Origin: a virus
DNA length: 64,000 bases
Virus record (IMG/VR): IMGVR_UViG_3300022752_003639
Location: 74,458-138,457 of that record
Direction: 5' to 3' (one strand)
In this document: positions 46,901-55,123 of the stretch, piece after piece
Layout: each line of letters starts with the position of its first letter
Numbering within the stretch: the first letter of the stretch is position 1
Translations under genes and position numbers: made by a program
The notes under the pieces: model-generated
The model's database searches: none
What the model was told of the DNA's origin: nothing
The model's input: the letters and a program-made list of their open reading frames with translations, nothing else

Positions 46901-48931
46901 GGTTACAATACGAGTACCATATTTTGTATATCCTGTAATATCTCTAAGATTGGTCCCATCATAATGAATATCGGTAATATCATCTAACATGGTATTAAGA
47001 TGATCTTTTAATTCAGACAATGTAAAATCAGTAACTGGACCATTTAACGGATTGTTACTTAAACTTAAAGGAGTTTCATAATATCCATTATTATTTGGTA
47101 TTTGATCGGTAACAATTTTGATAGATACGAGATCATTTTCTGCTAAGTTTTCTTCCAAAGTAATATGAGTCGAGGTTGTGGTTGCAGTAAAAGAAGATTT
47201 TAAAACAACATCATTTTTAATAACCTTAACTGAATCTATCCCAGATACATCTATAGGTACATCTAATGATTTCAATGATAAAGAAGAGGTTGAATTAGTA
47301 ACTGTTTGAATTTCAATTATTGGTAATTTGTACTCACTTATATTCTGCCAAACATTAAAAGCCTTTTGAGTTTCTATATTTTTTAAGTAGCAAATACTGA
47401 CGTTCTTGCTTGAACTTAGATTATTTTCTTTTATAACAAATGTGTCTGTCATAAAATAATTTTTAAATAAGAAACTACCTATCCCTGCACTGTTTTGGTA
47501 TTTTAAAGGAAATCCTAAAACTGTATCATTGGCACCTGTGCCTACATCATAACCAAAAACTTTAGTTCCTTGAAAATTAGTTTCATATGTTGAAGTATTT
47601 GAAAAACTTATTAAATCTTTATCATAGGCATCAAATAAAGGTGCCTGGTTTAAAGATTTACGTTGTTGTCCAAATTTCCATAAACTAGACCCTGCATCAA
47701 AATACCATGTTGTTCCGCTATATTCGTCTCCAAAATTTACAGAAATTGCATAACTTAGAGTACTGGCAACCGTTACAGTGGTTAAAACTATTGTCGAAGT
47801 AGTACCTGTAGTAAATCCTACACTGAAAATTTTATTTTTATTATTGGGGTCTGCGTTGAAAATTACTCTATGACCTGATTGCAATAAAACATTATCTATG
47901 TAATATCCATAAGAACCATGAACTGTTTTAAAAGCATCTACGGTGTTTTCATCTATAACATCTACATTCTCTAACCCAACTTCGCCGTGGTTGTATAATT
48001 TTATGTTTGCCCTAAACTCTATAATAGGTCTTTTCGCTCTTGAATCAAATTCATAATTTACTGCAATGTTATTAATGATAGAAGAAACTTTAATTACATC
48101 TTTATGAAACCATCTATTATATCTTGACCACGAATTTAAATCTTTACTTGCTCTGTTAATTGTAATATATTCGTGTTCAGTTGCAAGTTTTCTATCTCCA
48201 TCAAAGGGATAAGAGTCAAACTTATCAGAGTCAAATGTTTCATTATAGGCTGTAGATAACCCGTCGTAACTTTCTAGTAATCTTATTTCTATTAGTTTTA
48301 TAGATTCTCCTACACCTTCTACAAAAAATAATTTTTCTCTATAACTGCTTGGTGTTACTTGGTCGCCAAATGCCACTTGCATTCCGTTAGATAATTCATA
48401 AGCTATTTGGTTGCCGACTGAATCAGTATAATAATAGGGTAAACTATAATTTGAATTTCCTATAATTTCATTATCAACATTTAATCCAAGCTCATTAATA
48501 ACAATGGTATTAGGCCCTTCAGGTAGCCAAAAGTAATCATAGTAATTAACTAGTTTATCCCAATCTATATAAGGATCATATGCGTAATATTTGGATCTCA
48601 ACAAACTATCTATATTAGAAACATTTACTTTGTAAACCTGTAATTCATTTAATAGATCCTCAAATGAAATTACATCAGTTACATCTCCTGAAGAATTTTT
48701 TAATATTAACGCAGGTTCTAATGGATAAGTTTTCCTAAATTTTGTACCATTATCAAGATAAAAGTCAGTATTCGAATTATAGTTAGGAGTAAGTTTTGTT
48801 CCTACATATCCGTCTAGTCTTTCTAATTCCGGTGTTTGAATTAAATGATCAAATGTACTAGCTAAAAACTTTTTGTTTTTATCAGTTTTTAAATATTCAG
48901 GTAAAAAATTAGCAGATTTTTTCTTAGCCAC
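34973..48931 (-). CDS. Giant (4652-aa) baseplate wedge/structural protein
   Basis: Uninterrupted ORF with a GTG start, next to the gp6-like gene. Contains FG-GAP-like, CBM-like and GSGY-type repeats. Confidence 0.8.
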   Translation of the reverse strand: MAKKKSANFLPEYLKTDKNKKFLASTFDHLIQTPELERLDGYVGTKLTPNYNSNTDFYLDNGTKFRKTYPLEPALILKNSSGDVTDVISFEDLLNELQVYKVNVSNIDSLLRSKYYAYDPYIDWDKLVNYYDYFWLPEGPNTIVINELGLNVDNEIIGNSNYSLPYYYTDSVGNQIAYELSNGMQVAFGDQVTPSSYREKLFFVEGVGESIKLIEIRLLESYDGLSTAYNETFDSDKFDSYPFDGDRKLATEHEYITINRASKDLNSWSRYNRWFHKDVIKVSSIINNIAVNYEFDSRAKRPIIEFRANIKLYNHGEVGLENVDVIDENTVDAFKTVHGSYGYYIDNVLLQSGHRVIFNADPNNKNKIFSVGFTTGTTSTIVLTTVTVASTLSYAISVNFGDEYSGTTWYFDAGSSLWKFGQQRKSLNQAPLFDAYDKDLISFSNTSTYETNFQGTKVFGYDVGTGANDTVLGFPLKYQNSAGIGSFLFKNYFMTDTFVIKENNLSSSKNVSICYLKNIETQKAFNVWQNISEYKLPIIEIQTVTNSTSSLSLKSLDVPIDVSGIDSVKVIKNDVVLKSSFTATTTSTHITLEENLAENDLVSIKIVTDQIPNNNGYYETPLSLSNNPLNGPVTDFTLSELKDHLNTMLDDITDIHYDGTNLRDITGYTKYGTRIVTNANPIAFTDLFIGKKEHNVVDALRTVGNHYQQFKQNFIRKLSGISSNASVYDAVDTILKEINVTKDFTSAYYRSDMLGHGDTRVVKSYKVTNPAITDYPIGFDFNLTSLSFKSLYIYLNGTQCVYETDYTINIDEISFVATLAVNDIIEIHTFSNTQGSFVPPTPSKLGLYPKYEPKIYTDDTFINPVQMIRGHDGSLLVAFGDYRDAIILEYEKRVYNNIKVSYQSNIFDVKAGYPGLFRNRSKFEQATEILNQDFSYWAGINTVDVRTNSIYDAADSFTWNYKDSIDKIHNTQIPKHWRGFFNYFYDTDHPHTEPWVMLGFSKKPAWWDSYYSWTNVPKRAALINAITLGKISNPSQAAKYDLNYARTGFSTIVPVDLSGNLVNPSTLVTENSLGARAGPWNFGDGSPSETAWKNSSYWPYAVNIVSLLLNPADYLSALFDTSRLSYNVINQITYTQDDLYLSPKKIILDGEDNAQSSGYSQLVIEAGKIRNKDYITNLRNDLDYLNFNLFYKLGGFTNKEKLQINIDSIDPVSNSPGLVLPYEDYNIILNISNPVKVASASGIIIQKVNGRFIIKGYDLEKPYFDTLLPIKEYSSPALTVGGTTEDFTEWSGITQNKNYKLSNSETSSANTSPTTRFYKQGQVVRYNNKFYRCKISHNPGSVFDITYWTSIPSLPSKGGVTVQTTKKFSNEVTRYIYGTEINSIQEVYDIITGYGAYLESQGFEFDYYSTKYSQVMDWKYSGKEFLYWCTQGWADNNLITLSPFAYSLKYSFLNSVVENLKDNRYEYSLLKADGKPFPQENFSLTREDGYCTLQTVDTEEGFFFVKFISVQKEHGIILNNSTVFNDTIFDTETGYKQRRIRLSGFRTKDWNGDLYSPGFVYDNFTIGDWEIYKTYEIGDIVRFNGSYYQAAYKVESSDKFIFSKWTLLNEKPVPDLLPNFDYKIGQFEDFYSLDIDNFDYSQQKLAQHLIGYTPRTYFDNIFTNSISQYKFYQGYIKDKGTKNAIDKLSKASKFVNKGDITFNEEWAFRSGFYGGFSNYDEVEFPLIEGTSLENPYLITFVESLPNDSSPLINYITPNDLLLTPVDYVSTSVFPTITVQNIQVPDSNYTQSASELSGTFNDAGIILPTAGYVRLDDVTATAYNKNSLLDIARNNQIQNKSTIWTGFLENGQWSVYRYIKKIAKISGVYVSSPGENITFSCNLHHYLSIGDIVSVVNFNSQVNGVYIVTAIPQVNQFTVQSSLTSIQNEEQFAYGNLFVFDVVRYSTLLEIVNKKQLLTLDQGELFWVDSGINNKWQVYEKTTDYPTDYITSIPEPSAQELGHTIWAGDGTDKFFVSAPNFYTSATYSYGRVKVFSRENDLPKRLFEYTLNSSNLTYANATKPTEFGYSMAYDYNKNYIIVGAPRASNIYGFTGLEEEPSDVVYGIDILISNSATVLSASGRAISNSGFVVSPDYVQWTMSLSATTSSITSSTGYLTISPRIYEDEGLVKISSIGPYNDDEIVEAVLTNPYPNSSTSSDRIRFGHSVYINEVTTTSNTLLLVGAPGTKNIGLGLYIYPNQVTFALNTTTTSTVSATIVSAVTNITTGTQGNVYAYRIRKAAGIQIGIPFSGIAVYSTSSVTLKVGDQWGYKVSGSATGSLVAVSAPGYQDSTSSGVVQVFRYTNALITHYQTLFNPAGPVGEFGKDHIISYSGRYLIVSAPEYRNYDTSYGAVVIYRLNSNNKYQFLQSLYNPVAISDLKFGHSLSLDRNETKLLVSGLGTNRSVTLIFDKSSQENETTFDGGTTKFIEIVPDAGVVYAYQRFGSYFVLAHELIDNAVVEGSRYGYDVVSTNRYSYVGAPYSETTQGEDNSMAFIFDMPSIFSVKRQQPNLVDTNSAERIALIDKHKEEVTEYLEVIDPLKGKISGLAEQELKYKTPSDPAIYSIGRSSNIVDDKNNWLDEHVGELWWDLSTVKFTWYEQGDDLFRKNNWGKVFPGSTIDIYEWVRSNVLPSVWAAQADTNEGITSGISGQPKYPNNEVISVKQIYNSVSGIFENVYYFWVKNKLIVPDVKNRRLSAYQVASYISDPQANGVRFAALLSPNSVAFANVQPLLIDDRISANISFNKNNPIPRHTEWLLLTEGDANSVPNALLEKKFIDSLLGEDIDGNPVPDPSLTYRNRYGIGIRPQQTIFKNRIEALRNIISFANYRLSKEEIVGLYNLDNLKLKDEIPSESLGKYDFLVDTIQQLSQIDTIAFIQAQLTCVVENGKIVAVNIVNSGKGYLFAPNVVILENKTPATIRTFINEFGEIISTLIENSGYEFVTAPLLYVRSYTAILTSNAENNGRWTAHEYNKQLNQWVKVYAQRYNTEEFWDYIDWKSDDYNEFKTPLYVLDNLSSITAYNNAPLGTYIKVKNNGNGKFTIVERVNNGTLTPFYNSVYVESGTIKILDKLWNTELSVYNYDESGLSDTLFDQKNVIELRNIINALKHDIFKDALKVYWNLLFFAGVRYALTEQKMLDWAFKTSFVNFVTDLGVLDQRAVYKLENEKYFEDYIKEIKPYHSQLRNYTSKYNAIEYFSHNITDFDMPPVYSQETLGYFPMHISSTSTATAFTLTNTLTNVLPWKNWTENHTYYVKEIIVADGGQGYTQRPTVTLVPVSGDFGSGATAEAFIRAGKVVKITVTNPGSGYLIAPIIQFTGGGNSVTQQATASVIIANDTIRKNLIGFKFDRISKDVEIEDVYVTDQFICNGEQNTFVLTWLANTDRSTITPTLNGKLIYSTDYKLEYFKQDYEGYYAKSFTRITLLNVIPSANQVFKVVYKKNISLFNAVERIEQYYNPTTGMLEKDVPNLVSGLDYPLTTYEGMIFQDTPPWGTTNYDTAPWDDLVQEYVTVKLKEDLYTTSTIIKVNTTTGITTGQSIIIGNTSTIRIRPETIVTAINSNTNEITISSPTYRIKKVVSTATAIGSRITFTTTKLFRGDIKVGDKVLITNVVNNTFNSLYSILTTTNSTFEVTATQVLSATTSQVTTATQVRILSILSTVSSTASVLDKVVKLSTGTSTFSIQTYAIFSQVATATVQFSSGSPTWYITTSSGTVTRAVINVTGVSTGVMTTATATIYGYTEIDFWKYNYDPDLLTVNLSGGSYFNGTNTSAFGITATDVSVQGGGWIKPVGQYYGNKLNTTVPGTTATVYADSIDGYYLKYLYRHADQGGLDYWVQTIVDGYQTLLDVENYIKASSESQQISASFNPDGLVNPFRSYAPEEFVPGDTKDSLSLSVYTRPEKINPIMFNGAIFTQPGVETTATINFITGEIPAGLLVTFDGRPLSRSSSYPLPGLNSSSYFLQGNKLTVAAQSAQGKIGYSYVTAGSSTGLDSQTAAVDFVTTSNTILISDLAFSDVSRAYVELDGVSVNQYVTGTSLGYVLEPVSADNKRASVKIKNIPSGRHEVLAWFFRNNFESLNRIVEQYYVISTTTSLLTFASPPFMLEPISGQVIVEHLSGNNYGSRVRLLPPDISYYKVSNLQNTYDINNKRSGRIYNNQNVKVYVNGYEIRPGFDFTINQGAETVTINTGILRNNDTITIMDLVDYGYVVLENQIRLKTALTSGSLKVTHFQNHDSMGIRTETFDLSHNNEYYLSLPVFNENYVWVTANDQSLIAGFDFYLKSDMQTVVIGNDVDMVLGSKIVINTINPVNYSTNILAYRIWKDIFDRQSLQRITRFFRTRLAQPLNYYDTSIHVEDGSVLFSPNPSKNIPGVVFIDSERIEFFVKNGNELTQLRRGTYGTGTPWYSDAGTLVYDQSMRQNMSTEERSYIQHIPSSNTTTYIISTLTNTSSFSVNTTTSVGNGIVLLTTTTNGVLPAFEDQVEVYYGGRRLRKDSVTVHDISRAYDNTSSVFVNGVYTASYEILPPEFSIQVGTSQTLRLNISEEVIPGVRITVIKKTSKIWDISTSSILTSTSTQAKFLRRGPAELPSVYYYGGNLELYDENNDPLAENDGDLLQGL

Positions 48932-48933
48932 AA

Positions 48934-51900
48934 TTAACTTCCTGTTGATGTAACAATATTTGTAGTTTGAAGTTGGCTAGATGTAAGCGCATCTATCACT
49001 TCAACATCATTGACTGTGGCGCCACTGATTAATATTTCGTTAGATAAACAAGTTATTTCGTAAAAACTTCCAAAACCATTTTCATTTTTTGGAAGTATAA
49101 CAAAGTTAACAATATCAGGTGAAAGTAAATTCATTACATAGGCATTTAATTCACTGAAATAAAAACTTTGTCCGAAGTCCCAATTGTTTAAACTAAAAAA
49201 AGAATTTATTGCACTTATGATTCTTGTTTTAATATCATTATCTGTTGTAACAATCTTACTATTTCTTACTGCTTTAAACTTAGCTTGCAGATTACTTGAG
49301 GCTTTATCGCCAAATAAAACTTTATATTTTACCGGATTAAAAATAATTTCATCACTTATTGCTTTTATTTGAATAAGATATGATTTATAATTTTGTTCTA
49401 ATTCTTGACTAGTAGGAGGCATTGGTTCAACAGTTAAATCTCCTTTTAAATAACTTCTAAAATTATTATCATAATTTGTCGTTAACATATAAATGTCAAT
49501 TAAATTCGTCTTGCTAGGATCTATTCTACGTTCTCTTCCGCTGTTATGCAGATAATGGAACTTAATGTCGCTTCTTCCTACTCTAGCAAAATATTGATCA
49601 GTATATATAAAAGAAGCGGTTGCACTATCATAATACTTTACAACATTAACATCTATATCATAAAAATAAAATAATTGTCCGTTAACTTTATCTGTGTCAT
49701 TTACTAAACTTTCATTAGGTAAAGAAATAAAATTAGCAGAATCTTGTAAAGAATAACGTAAACCATCGGATAGTTTTTTAAAATATATGAAGTGTTCTCT
49801 ATATCCGGTAGTACCTAATTCATCTGGTAAAACTATAGCATTGAAACTTTCTGGATCATCTAACTGTCCAGTATTATTATAGTCATAAAACGAAACTTTA
49901 ACTTTTTTAGGATTAGCATAGCCGTCCGATTCAACAACAGCATCATCTATTTGAAATAATCTATCATAGCCTAAACTAGATGTGCCAGCGGTGTTAATTG
50001 ATAAAACTTCAATTTTATCTTTTATAACTTGATTAGTTACATAGTCAAAATTTATACTTGTGCTGTCAATATGGAACGCCGTTTGAGAGAGACTTTCAAA
50101 TATATAATTCAAGTTTCTAAATCTTACCTTATAATATTGTCCTGTCCAAACAAAGGCTACAAACCAACTTGAATCAAAACCGGAATCGTCTATGTTTCCT
50201 TGTTTATCTAAACTAAACTGGTTTAATAAATTGAGGTTAGAACTTAATATTATATCCCATTTTCTTGTAAGCTGATCTATCGTTAATCCAAAGTTTTTTT
50301 GTGTCATACAAATATTAGATATTTCATTTTCAATAGTGTATTCTAATAATTTCGGATACTTTGGAATTATAACATTAGGTACTGAACCCTGGGGAACCCT
50401 ACAAGAAAATATAACAGGGCCCGTTCCATCATCTAAAAGACCATTGCCATAATTAGAGCCATCACCTATTATCTGTTGAACAAGTGCCCAAATATACGAT
50501 CTTCCTCCTTGAGGAACTGTTGCACTTGCTTTTAAATTATTTTTCTTATCGTAATAATATCCACTAGGAGCTGCAAATTGTATTAATGCACCTGTAGAAA
50601 TATACTTCATATCGCTTTGACTAAATTGCCCTACAGACACTGGCAAATTATTAATTGTGAAATATCCTCTGCTCTGTGAAACAACTTTATTTGTTTCATT
50701 CCATGAAACACCTAACACAGATAAACTTAAATTTTCATATTTTTCAATATAAAAGTTTTTCATAAAACTGCTAGCGATTATATCTGCTAAAGAAGTTTTA
50801 ACAAAGGCCAATACTTGATTTCTATTAGTAAATGTAAGCTCTACAATATTTTCTGTTTCTTCTTGGTAAAGCATTCCGTCGTCTGCAAATATATTTGTTT
50901 TACTATAGGCACCACTGACATCAGACAGTTCAAAATATCTACTGACTCCGCTAGCTATTCTATTAACCGACTTGACCTTTAATATATCGCTACCAGCATT
51001 TAATGGCGCAATATTGTAATCTTCCCCAGTTATCATTCTATTTTGTAGATAATAATTTTGAGGAGCTTTTAATTTTATATTAGCATTACTCTCTGGACCG
51101 CTACTATTGGATACTGTATATTGTAAACTTAATGTTAGTTGTAATTGATGTGATTGTCCTAAACTATTTACATATGGCAAAGATATTGTAACTCCAGAAA
51201 ACTGTTCAGGTTTTAATACATACGATGAACCGTTACTTTGCCTGTAAAATAACCTAAATTGTCCTTTTGGTAAATCTCCAAAAACGCCATCACTAAAATT
51301 TAGGTCAATTTGATCGTCTTGTCTAGAACTTATTGCATAAAATGTTCTTAAACTTTTACTCAAACTATTGTAAATTACGTTGTTATTCTGTGTTGCAGAA
51401 TTAACCTTGGTCCATAATGTATTATAATTTCCCGATTTATCTTTCTGCCATAACCAAACGTCTGTATCATTAATGTTTGTAGTATTAACTGCTATGATTT
51501 CATTTGGTACTGGATTGTCAACAGTGAAATCTGCAAAATTTAGTTTTCCCTGTCTGAAATGAACAAAAAATCCTGTATTTGCACTGCCCGATCCTTGATT
51601 ATCGTTCTTATAGATAAAACTGAATACATTTTCTGGTTTAGGTGGATCTTCGTAAATATAATCTTCCCCTGTAAATTTACAAGGAACTATTTCAAAATTC
51701 ATTTGCACACCGTTAACAGAATTATAAAAATTGAATAACGGAACATCTAAATTATCACTGTTTATAGAATAATTCTCTGTACTAACTCCATCGATAACAT
51801 TTTTATCTACTGGAGTACCGAAATTACTAACCATTGCACTATTTAAAATACTAAGGAACTGTGAATACCAATTGGCATTTGTACTGTCATTCCATAATAT

Positions 51901-52320
51901 TGGAGTATTGGCAAGATTTATACCGCTACTATCTATTACATTATCTGTTGTGCTTATGCCTGTAATTTTTAAAAAGCCTGTAGCAGGAACATTTCTTTTA
52001 GGCGTATAACCTATTAACTGAGCTAGTCTGAGAATACTGTCTCTACGCTCTGCTGTTTCTAAAAAATTCTCCCTTGCGTTTAGGTCAATCCTAAAACTTA
52101 AATTCTGTCCTAAAAACGCAATTAGGTCTATTAAAGCTACATATTCGCTACTGTCAATATAATCGTTAAAATCTTCAGGAAAATTATCACGAAGATATGA
52201 AATCATTGTTCTTTTAAGAGTTTCAAAATCATAACTCTTAAAGTCAGCGTTTTTAAAAGATTGATAAACTTTTGTCCAATCTTCTGTTATGAATAGTTTG
52301 TTTGAAGTGTTAGGTATCAT
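48934..52320 (-). CDS. Baseplate wedge protein, T4 gp6-like
   Basis: DFKSYDFETLK, FLETAERRDSILRLAQLIGY and QNRMITGEDY. Confidence 0.85.
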   Translation of the reverse strand: MIPNTSNKLFITEDWTKVYQSFKNADFKSYDFETLKRTMISYLRDNFPEDFNDYIDSSEYVALIDLIAFLGQNLSFRIDLNARENFLETAERRDSILRLAQLIGYTPKRNVPATGFLKITGISTTDNVIDSSGINLANTPILWNDSTNANWYSQFLSILNSAMVSNFGTPVDKNVIDGVSTENYSINSDNLDVPLFNFYNSVNGVQMNFEIVPCKFTGEDYIYEDPPKPENVFSFIYKNDNQGSGSANTGFFVHFRQGKLNFADFTVDNPVPNEIIAVNTTNINDTDVWLWQKDKSGNYNTLWTKVNSATQNNNVIYNSLSKSLRTFYAISSRQDDQIDLNFSDGVFGDLPKGQFRLFYRQSNGSSYVLKPEQFSGVTISLPYVNSLGQSHQLQLTLSLQYTVSNSSGPESNANIKLKAPQNYYLQNRMITGEDYNIAPLNAGSDILKVKSVNRIASGVSRYFELSDVSGAYSKTNIFADDGMLYQEETENIVELTFTNRNQVLAFVKTSLADIIASSFMKNFYIEKYENLSLSVLGVSWNETNKVVSQSRGYFTINNLPVSVGQFSQSDMKYISTGALIQFAAPSGYYYDKKNNLKASATVPQGGRSYIWALVQQIIGDGSNYGNGLLDDGTGPVIFSCRVPQGSVPNVIIPKYPKLLEYTIENEISNICMTQKNFGLTIDQLTRKWDIILSSNLNLLNQFSLDKQGNIDDSGFDSSWFVAFVWTGQYYKVRFRNLNYIFESLSQTAFHIDSTSINFDYVTNQVIKDKIEVLSINTAGTSSLGYDRLFQIDDAVVESDGYANPKKVKVSFYDYNNTGQLDDPESFNAIVLPDELGTTGYREHFIYFKKLSDGLRYSLQDSANFISLPNESLVNDTDKVNGQLFYFYDIDVNVVKYYDSATASFIYTDQYFARVGRSDIKFHYLHNSGRERRIDPSKTNLIDIYMLTTNYDNNFRSYLKGDLTVEPMPPTSQELEQNYKSYLIQIKAISDEIIFNPVKYKVLFGDKASSNLQAKFKAVRNSKIVTTDNDIKTRIISAINSFFSLNNWDFGQSFYFSELNAYVMNLLSPDIVNFVILPKNENGFGSFYEITCLSNEILISGATVNDVEVIDALTSSQLQTTNIVTSTGS

Positions 52321-52336
52321 AATTTTATTATACCAA

Positions 52337-52343
52337 TATTTAT
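52337..52343 (-). promoter_or_regulatory. Late-type promoter motif ATAAATA
   Basis: Intergenic, upstream of the gp6-like start. Confidence 0.55.
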
Positions 52344-52362
52344 TGTAATTTTAAGTACCTAC

Positions 52363-52800
52363 TTATTGAACTTGTAACCCTAGTTTTTGATCGAACAAAA
52401 GTTTTAAAATTGATGTTTGATCTGTATTTTTTAAGGCTAAGGTAACTTCTACTAAAAAACCTTGTTCATATTCATTTATAGCAATTTGTAAAGGGTATGA
52501 CCTAGGATCGAAACTACATATTTCTTTTATATCGTTAAACAATAACTGTTTAATGTTTTCTGTCATAGGTTCCATAATTAAATCCCAAATTATTGTTCCA
52601 AACTTAGGATTCATTACCCTTTCACCCTTACGAGTGTTAAAATGATTTAAAAGATTTTGTTTAACAAGATCGAAGTCATAGAGTTGACTTGATCTATTAG
52701 ACGGATTCACCGTACTGAACCCTCTATAAAAACGAGTTCTAGCACTGGTAAATTCTCTGCTATAAGGTGCAGGATTTAATTCTATGTTTTTGTAAGGCAT
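52363..52800 (-). CDS. g25: Baseplate wedge subunit gp25-like
   Basis: LVKQNLLNHFNTRKGERVMNPKFGT and FDPR. Confidence 0.88.
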   Translation of the reverse strand: MPYKNIELNPAPYSREFTSARTRFYRGFSTVNPSNRSSQLYDFDLVKQNLLNHFNTRKGERVMNPKFGTIIWDLIMEPMTENIKQLLFNDIKEICSFDPRSYPLQIAINEYEQGFLVEVTLALKNTDQTSILKLLFDQKLGLQVQ

Positions 52801-52804
52801 AATA

Positions 52805-52811
52805 TATTTAT
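52805..52811 (-). promoter_or_regulatory. Late-type promoter motif ATAAATA
   Basis: Overlaps the upstream stop, just before ATG 52800. Confidence 0.45.
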
Positions 52812-55123
52812 TGACTACCTGATCCTGTCTTTATTGGGTTACCGCTGCTATCTGTTACAATACCTCCTGTACCCGAACTGACTATACCACCTTGCAATTG
52901 GGCTAGGAAACATTCATAGTAACCCCGTTTTTTCGCCTTGATATCCGGTGTATTGTATCCTACCGCACTACATGCGGCTTCAAAATATCCTGGATCTGTC
53001 TGGCTTGCCTTACAACGATCTAACATATACTTAACACTTACTTCTGCTGCTATAGTTGGACTGTTTAGTTTTTTAGGATCTGCAATTAAATCTTGTCCTA
53101 TCATAGTCCCATATTTTGAATAATTGGCTCTGCCTGTAAGTTGAATATAACCTCTGCCGATAAATTTACCACCATCGCCTGCTTGTGTATTACCTAATCC
53201 CTTGCCTTTGGCGGTGCTAGATCCATATAAAAATTCAGGTAAACTATTATTAGGGTTACCTGCATATTGTTGGGCTAAAGCTCTATCACCTTTAAACACG
53301 CTAGGAAATACCTGCAACAACCTATCAGCACTGTAATTAAAGTTTTCTTCAACTAATTTCCAACGGCACTCACCACCTGCTATTCCTAATAATGCCGCCA
53401 CAGCGTAGGGACTTGTAAGCCCATATTTTTGACATGCTGTTTTCAAGGCATCTATTCCTCCCTGAGCAGATGCATTGTTTATATCTTTTGAATATTGTAC
53501 ATCGCATGATCCTGGAGGTATTTCAGGACTATTAGCACTTTGTTGCGGAGAAGCGGCGCCTCCTTCTGCTGTATTTGTATTAGGCGGAACACCAGATGCT
53601 GATCTGTTTTGCAATGTAACATCTGTTGAGGCTGGGCTGAATTGATTAGGATTAACATTTTCATGCTGTGGCCAGGGCTCATGTGTAGGAACCCTTTGCA
53701 TAATAGATTTAATAGGAGAACTATTATAAAAAGTTCCATTTACCCATCCTGCGCTAATTTTCCTATTTGGTAAAGAAAATATCGGTAAGTCAGGCGGTAT
53801 AGTCGCATTATCTGCTGTGTCAGGAGCAGGTGCTGCAGGACCATTAAAATGTACTTGACTACCGCTTAATAATACTTGTCCATTAGCTCCTAAACCTAAT
53901 TGTCCAGCAGTTCCTAAACTTATGTTACCTTCTGCTGCAAGATTTAAACTTCCTCCTGCACTTAATTTTATTTTATCTGCAACATTAAAAGAAAGTGTAC
54001 CATTGACAGTGGTTTTACTTTCCCCGTTGATAGTTAGGTCATGCGTTCCCATTATAGATGTCTTTTGATCCTCATCTACTTTTAAAAAGTGATATCCTCC
54101 TATGTTTATTTCGCAATTTTTTATACTGCGTAGATGTATATTTCTTCCTGCCTCTAAGTTTATATCTCTATCTGCACGAAAATTGAAATCTTGTTCGGAA
54201 TGTATACTCACACTGTCATGAGCATAGATATCTATTTTACCATTACTTGTCATTTCAATCCAAGACGTGCCTTTACTATTGGCAATGTAAATTAGATCTT
54301 GACTATTGTGTAATAGAATCTGATGTCCTGTTCTTGTCCTAAGTCTGACCAATTCATTTTGTCCATCGGTATCACCGTCATCCATTACAAATGTAGTGCC
54401 ACCTAGTCTGCTTACCGGCACAGTTGTCCCTGACCCATAGCCTATCTTTCCTTTACGGGCAGTTGGTCTCTCGTCTAACGGTCCCGGGGTGCTTATACCA
54501 AACACACTACTAGGAACTTCTCTCCTGGCACTTGAACTTGTAACACCTCTTATTGTATCTAATAATAGGCCTTGTTCTAACAATCGTTCAGCAAAAGGAT
54601 GTACAGGTTTTGCAAATTTGTCTACAACAGGATTGTCAAATTTTTTGGTTCCTATATGGAATTCACCCACAGGCAAATAGTCTGTTCCATACCTTCTACG
54701 CTGCTCTTCAGTTAATGCAGTGTTTTTACTTGCTGCGATTCCTGGAAGCATATGATTCTGAAATGTATCTGTTACACACCCAAACCAAAATCCTTGATTA
54801 GCATCTCCGTCAATAAAAAAGACCATTACAGTAGATCCTATATCGGGCGGTACCATCCACATTCCGTAACTTTTTTGGACGTCATTGAAATCACTGCTAT
54901 TGTTGCCTTCAAACCTAACACTGGTGTTACCTTGAAATGGACTACAATATCTTACTACATAAGTTTCACCGTCGTCTTTGGTTGTATTAGGTACACCTTT
55001 ATATAAAGCAACTTCTAACATACCCATATAGGTAGGATCTAAATGATTTACTATTTCAGCTAGATAAGGTCCAGGTTTTCCTAACGGAGATCGTTTTCTG
55101 CGTTCAATAAATCTCATAGTCAT
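52808..55123 (-). CDS. Baseplate central spike (gp5/VgrG-like) with C-terminal GH19 lysozyme-like domain
   Basis: OB-fold region GMWMVPPDIG, LRTRTGHQILL, beta-helix repeats, and GRGYIQLTGRANY. Confidence 0.85.
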   Translation of the reverse strand: MTMRFIERRKRSPLGKPGPYLAEIVNHLDPTYMGMLEVALYKGVPNTTKDDGETYVVRYCSPFQGNTSVRFEGNNSSDFNDVQKSYGMWMVPPDIGSTVMVFFIDGDANQGFWFGCVTDTFQNHMLPGIAASKNTALTEEQRRRYGTDYLPVGEFHIGTKKFDNPVVDKFAKPVHPFAERLLEQGLLLDTIRGVTSSSARREVPSSVFGISTPGPLDERPTARKGKIGYGSGTTVPVSRLGGTTFVMDDGDTDGQNELVRLRTRTGHQILLHNSQDLIYIANSKGTSWIEMTSNGKIDIYAHDSVSIHSEQDFNFRADRDINLEAGRNIHLRSIKNCEINIGGYHFLKVDEDQKTSIMGTHDLTINGESKTTVNGTLSFNVADKIKLSAGGSLNLAAEGNISLGTAGQLGLGANGQVLLSGSQVHFNGPAAPAPDTADNATIPPDLPIFSLPNRKISAGWVNGTFYNSSPIKSIMQRVPTHEPWPQHENVNPNQFSPASTDVTLQNRSASGVPPNTNTAEGGAASPQQSANSPEIPPGSCDVQYSKDINNASAQGGIDALKTACQKYGLTSPYAVAALLGIAGGECRWKLVEENFNYSADRLLQVFPSVFKGDRALAQQYAGNPNNSLPEFLYGSSTAKGKGLGNTQAGDGGKFIGRGYIQLTGRANYSKYGTMIGQDLIADPKKLNSPTIAAEVSVKYMLDRCKASQTDPGYFEAACSAVGYNTPDIKAKKRGYYECFLAQLQGGIVSSGTGGIVTDSSGNPIKTGSGSQ

